Source: an uncultured Actinomycetes bacterium
Lineage (GTDB): Bacteria; Actinomycetota; UBA4738; HRBIN12
Length of the DNA stretch: 64,000 nt
Assembly: GCA_964447335.1 (NCBI GenBank)
Contig: CAYUSA010000008.1
Location: 4,863-68,862, forward strand
Reading direction: 5' to 3'
A model generated the notes under the pieces. It had not been told where the DNA came from and did no database searches. It saw only the letters and a list, made by a program, of their open reading frames with translations. This document shows positions 58,640 through 64,000 of the stretch, one piece after another (the first letter of the stretch is position 1; each line of letters opens with the position of its first letter). Made by a program: the position numbers and the translations under genes.

Positions 58640-59230
58640 CTACGACGCTCCCGTGCCGCCCCCGCGATGGCCGTTCGCGTCGCCCTGTCCCCGGCTGCCG
58701 GGATCCGCGTCGGATGCCGGGGTGCTCGAGGTCCCGGCGTCACCGCTCGGCGTGTCCTGCCCGGGCGGCTCTCCGCTATCGCCCTTGCCCGCAGGGCTCG
58801 GCGTGCCGTGGACACCCCCCGCGTTCCCGCCGCCGTGCTCGGCGTCGGCCCGGCGGTCGAGGTTCTCCTGGAGGTGCTGCAGGGCGTTCACGAGACCCTG
58901 CGACGCCTGGTTACGACCGCAGTTGGCGAGGACGACCCCGATCGCCCGCTCGAGCCCCCGGCGATCCTCCAGCGCGGCGCTGCCGACCTCGAGCGCGTCG
59001 CCACACGCCGCCGAGGAGGATGCCTCGTCGTCGGGGAGCGAGACGTCGTTCGACTCGTGACCGGCCTCGCCCGAGTGGCTGGCATGTGGCGACGCCAAGC
59101 GGGACGGCGAGACGGTGGGTGCGACGGGGTGATTCGGCTGGCCGGCGACGGACACGCCGATGCCCGCCAGCACCATGGTTGCCACGAGCGCCGGCAGAAG
59201 CGTGCCTCCCTGCGATGTTCCGAGCTTCAT
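58640..59230 (-). CDS. Hypothetical secreted low-complexity protein
   Basis: ATG 59230, signal-like TM, two Cys, G/S/P/H-rich tail. Confidence 0.65.
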   Translation of the reverse strand: MKLGTSQGGTLLPALVATMVLAGIGVSVAGQPNHPVAPTVSPSRLASPHASHSGEAGHESNDVSLPDDEASSSAACGDALEVGSAALEDRRGLERAIGVVLANCGRNQASQGLVNALQHLQENLDRRADAEHGGGNAGGVHGTPSPAGKGDSGEPPGQDTPSGDAGTSSTPASDADPGSRGQGDANGHRGGGTGAS

Positions 59231-59244
59231 ACGTCTTCCAGGAG

Positions 59245-59273
59245 GCATCGGCCGCGGCGGCGCCCGACCTGAG
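59245..59273 (-). promoter_or_regulatory. sigma28-type promoter
   Basis: CTCAGG-N15-GCCGATGC, 14 nt upstream of ATG 59230. Confidence 0.58.
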
Positions 59274-59276
59274 CCC

Positions 59277-61577
59277 TCAGGCGAAGTCGGCGGCCTCCCG
59301 GATGGCCCGCCAGACGCGCTCGGGCGTGAGCGGGAGGTCCAGGTGCCGCACCCCGAGGTGCCCGAGCGCGTCCACGACGGCGTTCCAGACGGCGGGGGTC
59401 GACCCGATGGTCGCGGCCTCTCCGATGCCCTTGGCCCCAAGGGGATTCACGGGCGTCGGCGTCTCGGTGTTGGCGGTCTCGAACCGTGGGAGCTCGGTCG
59501 CGGCGGGGATGCCGTAGCCGATGAGGCTCGCCGTGAGCGGTGTCCCCCACTCGTCGAACGCGACACCCTCGTACAGCGCCTGCGCGATACCCTGCGCGAG
59601 CCCTCCGTGCACCTGCCCCCGCACGAGCATCGGGTTCAAGATCCGGCCGCAGTCGTCCACGCTCACATGGCGCGTGAGCCGCGCGTCACCCGTCTCGAGA
59701 TCGACCTCGGCGACGGCGATATGCGTGCCGAATGGGTACGTGTACTCGCGCTGGAAGTACTGCGTCTCGGCGGCGAGGCCCGGCGGCATGCCCTCGGGCA
59801 GCTCCGAGGGGTCCGAGGCCGCCTCGGCGAGCTCGGCCCAGGTACGCGCGAGCTCGGGCGCGCCGGCGACCCCGATCCGGCCGTCCTCGAAGAGCGTCAC
59901 GTCGTCCGGGGCGACCTCGAGCAGGTGGGCCGCGAGCGCCCGTGCCTTCTCCAGGACCGCGCCGGCCGCCTCGTACGCGGCGGTGCCTCCGACCTGCAGC
60001 GAGCGGGAGCCGTAGGTCCCCTGCCCTCGGGGCACGAGCGCCGTGTCCGAGTGCACCACCCGCACCGCCTCGACGGACACGCCGAGGGTTCCGGCGACGA
60101 GCTGCGCGAACGCGGTCTCGTGGCCCTGCCCGTGCGAGGACGTGCCGACCCGCACGGTGACCGAGCCGTCGGGCTCCACCTCCACGGCCCCGAACTCCTT
60201 GCGCCCGAAGCCGGTCACCTCGACGTACGTGCTCACCCCGATGCCGAGCGCGAGCCGGTCGCCCCGGGCCCGGCGTTCGGCCTGCTCGGCTCGCAGGTCC
60301 GCGTACCCGACCATCCGCAGCGCCTCGTCGAGCGCGCGCTCGTACTCCCCGACGTCGTAGGTGCTTCCCACTGCGCTCTCGAAGGGGAAGTCCTCGGGTG
60401 GGATGAGGTTGCGGCGCCGCAGCTCGACCGGATCCATCCCGAGCTCGGCCGCGAGCAGGTCCATCGCGCGCTCGATCGAGGCGGTCGCCTCCGGGCGTCC
60501 GGCTCCGCGGTACTCGGCGACCGGCGTCGCGGTCGTCACGACCGAGCGCCCTCGCGAGGCCACCTTCGGGATGCGGTACGCCCCCGGGAGCATCGTGCGC
60601 GTCGTCGGCGGCAGGTAGGCGCCGATCGGGTACGCCCCCATGTCCGCCAGGATGTCCACGCGCAGGCCGACGACGCCGCCGTCGCGCGTCGCGCCGATCT
60701 CGACCTCGTGCGTCTGAGCTCGCCCGTGGTTCAGGCTCACCATGCTCTCCGAGCGCGTCTCGACCCACTTCACGGGACGCCCGAGCCGGATCGCCGCGGC
60801 CGCGCACGCGAGGTACTCGGGATAGGTATGGAGCTTCGCACCGAAGCCGCCGCCGACATCGGGCGCGATCACGTGGATCTTGTCGCGCTCGAGCCCGAAC
60901 CAGTCCTCGAGATCCGAGCGCACGTCGAACGGGACCTGTGTCGACACCCACACCGCGAGCCCGTCGACCGCGCCCGCCTCGCCCTGTGGCACGACGAGGA
61001 TCGCGTTGGTCTCCATCGGCACCGGGGCGAGGCGCTGATGCACGAACCGGCCCCGCGCGACGACCTCGGCCTCGGCCAGCACGTCCTCCTCCCACGTCTC
61101 CTCGAACGCGTGGGCGACGTTCGTGCCGGCCTCGGGGAACAGGAACGGCGCGCCCTCGGCGACCCCGGCATCGGGACCGATCACCGCGCCGAGCGGGTCG
61201 AGGTCCACGAGGACACGCTCGGCGGCGTCCTCGGCCTGCGCGAGCGTCTCGGCCAGGACGAGGGCCACCGGCTCGCCGACGTAGCGGACGACCTCCGAGG
61301 CGAGCACCGGGCGCGCGAAGGGACCCTCGACGTTGCCGGCGGGCGGGCGGGGCGCGAGCGCGAGATCCTCCGCCAGGAAGACCCCCGCAACCCCCGGCGC
61401 CGAGCGCGCCTCCTCCACCTCGATGCCCGAAACGCGCGCGTGCGCCATCATGGAGCGCACGAACGACGCCCGCAGAGGCCGCTCGACGGGGATGTCGTCC
61501 ACGTACCGGCCGGCCCCGGTCAGGAACCGTGGGTCCTCGGTCCGAAGGACGACGCTGCCGAAGATCGACGTGGTCAT
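59277..61577 (-). CDS. Xanthine dehydrogenase family molybdopterin-binding subunit (CoxL form II-like)
   Basis: EDPRFLTG.GRYVDD, VGGGFGAK, EYRGAGRPEA, GQGHET, YGSRS, GQVHGG.AQG, AKGIGE. Confidence 0.93.
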   Translation of the reverse strand: MTTSIFGSVVLRTEDPRFLTGAGRYVDDIPVERPLRASFVRSMMAHARVSGIEVEEARSAPGVAGVFLAEDLALAPRPPAGNVEGPFARPVLASEVVRYVGEPVALVLAETLAQAEDAAERVLVDLDPLGAVIGPDAGVAEGAPFLFPEAGTNVAHAFEETWEEDVLAEAEVVARGRFVHQRLAPVPMETNAILVVPQGEAGAVDGLAVWVSTQVPFDVRSDLEDWFGLERDKIHVIAPDVGGGFGAKLHTYPEYLACAAAAIRLGRPVKWVETRSESMVSLNHGRAQTHEVEIGATRDGGVVGLRVDILADMGAYPIGAYLPPTTRTMLPGAYRIPKVASRGRSVVTTATPVAEYRGAGRPEATASIERAMDLLAAELGMDPVELRRRNLIPPEDFPFESAVGSTYDVGEYERALDEALRMVGYADLRAEQAERRARGDRLALGIGVSTYVEVTGFGRKEFGAVEVEPDGSVTVRVGTSSHGQGHETAFAQLVAGTLGVSVEAVRVVHSDTALVPRGQGTYGSRSLQVGGTAAYEAAGAVLEKARALAAHLLEVAPDDVTLFEDGRIGVAGAPELARTWAELAEAASDPSELPEGMPPGLAAETQYFQREYTYPFGTHIAVAEVDLETGDARLTRHVSVDDCGRILNPMLVRGQVHGGLAQGIAQALYEGVAFDEWGTPLTASLIGYGIPAATELPRFETANTETPTPVNPLGAKGIGEAATIGSTPAVWNAVVDALGHLGVRHLDLPLTPERVWRAIREAADFA

Positions 61578-61609
61578 GCGGGCCCCACTGTAGAGGGAGC
61601 GTGCACCCG

Positions 61610-62692
61610 ATGAAGGCTCGGATCGCCCTGCTGCTCGGACTCGTCGCGCTGATCGGCGCGATGCCTCGACCCGCCCTGGCCGCGCCGACGATCACCGCCC
61701 GGCAGGTGGTGACGGGGCTCGACCAGCCCGTCGCGTTCACCTTCGGGCCCGGTCACGTCCTCTGGTACGTCGAGAAGGGCACCGGCGAGATCCGAACCTA
61801 CGACCTCGACACCGAGCGCGACACCCTCTTCTACGACGTGGCCGGCGTGAGCGGGGACGGCGAGCGCGGCATGCTCGGCATCGCGCTGCACCCTCGCTAT
61901 CCCGACAAGCCGTTCGTCTACGTCTACGCCACGCGCTCGGTCGGCGGGGACCTGAAGAACCAGATCCTGCGCGTCACCGACGAGGCCGGCAGCGGAGCGC
62001 ACCGGCGTGTGATCTTCTCGAGCCCCGCAAGCTCCAGCCCGTACCACAACCGCGGTCGGATCGCGTTCGGCCCCGATGACCTGCTGTACGCGATCGTCGG
62101 GGACGGCCACGACTCCTCGAACGCGCAGGATCTCACGGACAACGACCGAGGCAAGATCCTGCGGATGACCCCGACCGGCGGCGTCCCGGCGACGAACCCG
62201 CGCGAGGGCAGCCTGCTGTTCGCCTACGGCATCCGCAACTCGTTCGGGTTCGCGTTCGACCCCACCACCGATCGCTTGTGGGAGACCGAGAACGGCCCCG
62301 AGTGCAACGACGAGGTCAACCTCATCCGCAAGGGCGAGAACTACGGTTGGGGGCCGAGCGAGACCTGCGACGGCGCCTCGCCCGGCAACACGAACCGCGG
62401 CGGCCCGGACCCCGTCCGCCCCGAGCTGTTCTACGAGCAGACGATCGGGATCACCGGGATCGCGTTCTGCGACGGGTGCGGGCTCGGCTCCGCGAGCTCC
62501 GGACGCGCCTTCTTCGGTGCCGTCAACAACGGCGAGATCACCCGGATCACGCTGAACGACGCGCGGAGCGGCATCCGTCGCGACGTCCTCGTCTACACCC
62601 ACGACCAGGGCGTCCTGTCGATCGAGGCCGGTCCCGGCGGCGCCCTGTACTTCAGCGACTTCGGGGGGATCTACCGGCTCGCGCGAGCCTGA
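61610..62692 (+). CDS. Secreted PQQ-dependent glucose/sorbosone dehydrogenase family protein
   Basis: GERGMLGIALHP, HNRGRIAFGPD..LY..VGD, GKILR, YGIRNSFG, DEVN...G.NYGW. Confidence 0.9.
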   Translation: MKARIALLLGLVALIGAMPRPALAAPTITARQVVTGLDQPVAFTFGPGHVLWYVEKGTGEIRTYDLDTERDTLFYDVAGVSGDGERGMLGIALHPRYPDKPFVYVYATRSVGGDLKNQILRVTDEAGSGAHRRVIFSSPASSSPYHNRGRIAFGPDDLLYAIVGDGHDSSNAQDLTDNDRGKILRMTPTGGVPATNPREGSLLFAYGIRNSFGFAFDPTTDRLWETENGPECNDEVNLIRKGENYGWGPSETCDGASPGNTNRGGPDPVRPELFYEQTIGITGIAFCDGCGLGSASSGRAFFGAVNNGEITRITLNDARSGIRRDVLVYTHDQGVLSIEAGPGGALYFSDFGGIYRLARA

Positions 62693-62795
62693 ACGGGCAC
62701 GAGTCGCACGTGGCGCTGCCTGGCGCCTCTCGCGCACAACGGGATACCCTGAGAGGGGACGAGTGAACCGTCCCTCGCCGTGAGGAGGGACCGAG

Positions 62796-62951
62796 ATGGA
62801 CATCGGGCCGCCGAGACGGATCATCGAGGTCGAGCCGGTGGACCTGCCGGTGCCGGAGACGATCCCCGAGCCCGAGCGGGTGCCGGAGTCAGTGCCGGAG
62901 CCGATGCCGGCTGCCCCGCTGCCCGCGCGCGAGGAAGCGCTCGCGGGCTGA
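62796..62951 (+). CDS. Unannotated small Pro/Glu-rich peptide MDIGPPRRIIEVEPVDLPVPETIPEPERVPESVPEPMPAAPLPAREEALAG
   Basis: Strong GAGGAGG RBS; TGA overlaps ATG of next gene (TGATG). Confidence 0.75.
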   Translation: MDIGPPRRIIEVEPVDLPVPETIPEPERVPESVPEPMPAAPLPAREEALAG

Positions 62952-63523
62952 TGCTCGGCACGCTCGTCGGGGCGGGCCCGGACCTGCGGACCGAGCCCGT
63001 CGTCGCGTGGCGGACGTGGACCTTGGCCGGGTCCTCCGACGGCTCGGAGATCCGGCTCTTGCCGCTCTTCGGCGATCGTCGCCCCTGGCCCGTCCAGGGC
63101 CCAGCTCGAGCGACCTGCACGCGCCGAGGTCACCATCCCGTCCCGAGCCCCGACTGCACGTGCGGGCTCTACGCGACGTTCGGCCACGACGCGCTCCGGC
63201 GGTCGCGAGACCCGGCCGTGCTCGGCACCGTCGCGATGTGGGGTCGCGTCGTCGAGCACGCGTTCGGCTACCGGGCCGAGTTCGCGTACCCCCAACGCCT
63301 GCGTCTGGTCTGCTTCCTGTGCTTCTGGCAGTGGGGCGCCGATCGTACGCGCGAGTGCGAGGTCGTGGCCCAGCGGCGAGCGGGGCGCCTCGTGCCGCTC
63401 TGCGGTCCAGATCTCGAGCTCTGCCGCCGGTACGACTACCCGCTCCGCCGGCTTCTCGGAGCGCGCGACATCGAGCAGGCGATGCTGTCGACGTACGCCG
63501 TCGACCTGCTTCGGAGCCTCTGA
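62951..63523 (+). CDS. Hypothetical Cys/His protein (WRxW...C..H..P..CTCGLYA...WGRVVEH..GYRA)
   Basis: Coupled start; conserved-looking motifs; extra CxxC...C...C in C-terminal part. Confidence 0.72.
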   Translation: MLGTLVGAGPDLRTEPVVAWRTWTLAGSSDGSEIRLLPLFGDRRPWPVQGPARATCTRRGHHPVPSPDCTCGLYATFGHDALRRSRDPAVLGTVAMWGRVVEHAFGYRAEFAYPQRLRLVCFLCFWQWGADRTRECEVVAQRRAGRLVPLCGPDLELCRRYDYPLRRLLGARDIEQAMLSTYAVDLLRSL

Positions 63524-63524
63524 G

Positions 63525-64000
63525 CTACTTCTCCTCGGCGCCGGGTGCGCCCGGCGCCCGGTGCCGCGCGGCGGCAGCGCGCGCGAGGCGCTCGCGGAGC
63601 GAGAGCGCCTCCTCGTCACCTGCCGCGGGCGGCGGCTCCCCGGACTCGGCGGGCGCGCCGGACTCGTGCTCGCGGACGAGGCTCGCGAGGCGTGAGGAGA
63701 AGGACGCCCCCTCTCCCTGCTCGGTGACGTAGTCCGGCACCTCGACGGCGGGCGCCGGTTCAGGGGCCGGCGCCGCCTGGAGCTTCTTGATCCGGTCCTC
63801 GAGATCCTTCACGTTCCGCTGCGCCTGGGTGGCCTCGAACTGCGTGTTCGCGAGGGCCTCCTGCGCGCGCTGGAGCTCGGTGACGTCGTTGCGCCTGGCT
63901 TCCTCGAGCTCCGCGATCCGCCCCTGGAGCTCGGAGACATCCGCCGCGGGGGCCGCGGCGCGTTCGGCGGCGGCCGTGGCTAGCTTGGCTCGCTCCGCGT
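63525..64000 (-). CDS. C-terminus of a coiled-coil protein (5' end outside window)
   Basis: Frame open to window edge: ..VSELQGRIAELEEARRNDVTELQRAQEALANTQFEATQAQRNVKDLEDRIKKL.. Confidence 0.75.
   Translation of the reverse strand, partial: AERAKLATAAAERAAAPAADVSELQGRIAELEEARRNDVTELQRAQEALANTQFEATQAQRNVKDLEDRIKKLQAAPAPEPAPAVEVPDYVTEQGEGASFSSRLASLVREHESGAPAESGEPPPAAGDEEALSLRERLARAAAARHRAPGAPGAEEK

Overview
Very GC-rich bacterial chromosome segment. Gene content points to a deep-branching Actinomycetota lineage, probably near oriC (inference). In order it holds: an Opp/Dpp peptide ABC operon; a convergent pair of five-PAS proteins (one with no output domain, one a histidine kinase); serS-bactofilin-DUF4446; an N-terminal-only LarC; a DUF5317 + membrane histidine kinase locus; Rrf2 with a small 8-Cys protein; tRNA-Leu(CAG) and the fhaA-fhaB-pstP-rodA-pbpA-pknB cluster coupled to a two-domain ThyX; an accessory block (ECF sigma/anti-sigma, FkbM, deacetylase, a nonsense-interrupted gene); the his operon; a frameshifted IS; aceA followed by a hexaheme cytochrome islet; metabolic genes; crgA with a DnaA-box cluster; gdhA with an atypical P-II; a second ECF pair; an S9 peptidase; an orphan CoxL-like subunit; and a small Pro/Glu-rich peptide coupled to a possible ADP-ribosyltransferase-like gene. 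The best candidate for an undescribed system is 13.6-16.2 kb. There, an unannotated 28-30 aa signal-peptide-like ORF (..AAGA|GWKTN) is transcribed divergently from a DUF5317 membrane protein with an LspA-like two-Asp motif pattern and a multi-TM sensor kinase. Both directions carry sigma28/WhiG-type promoters, which suggests a peptide signalling (quorum-sensing-like) cassette. All family assignments come from reading motifs by eye; no database searches were run.
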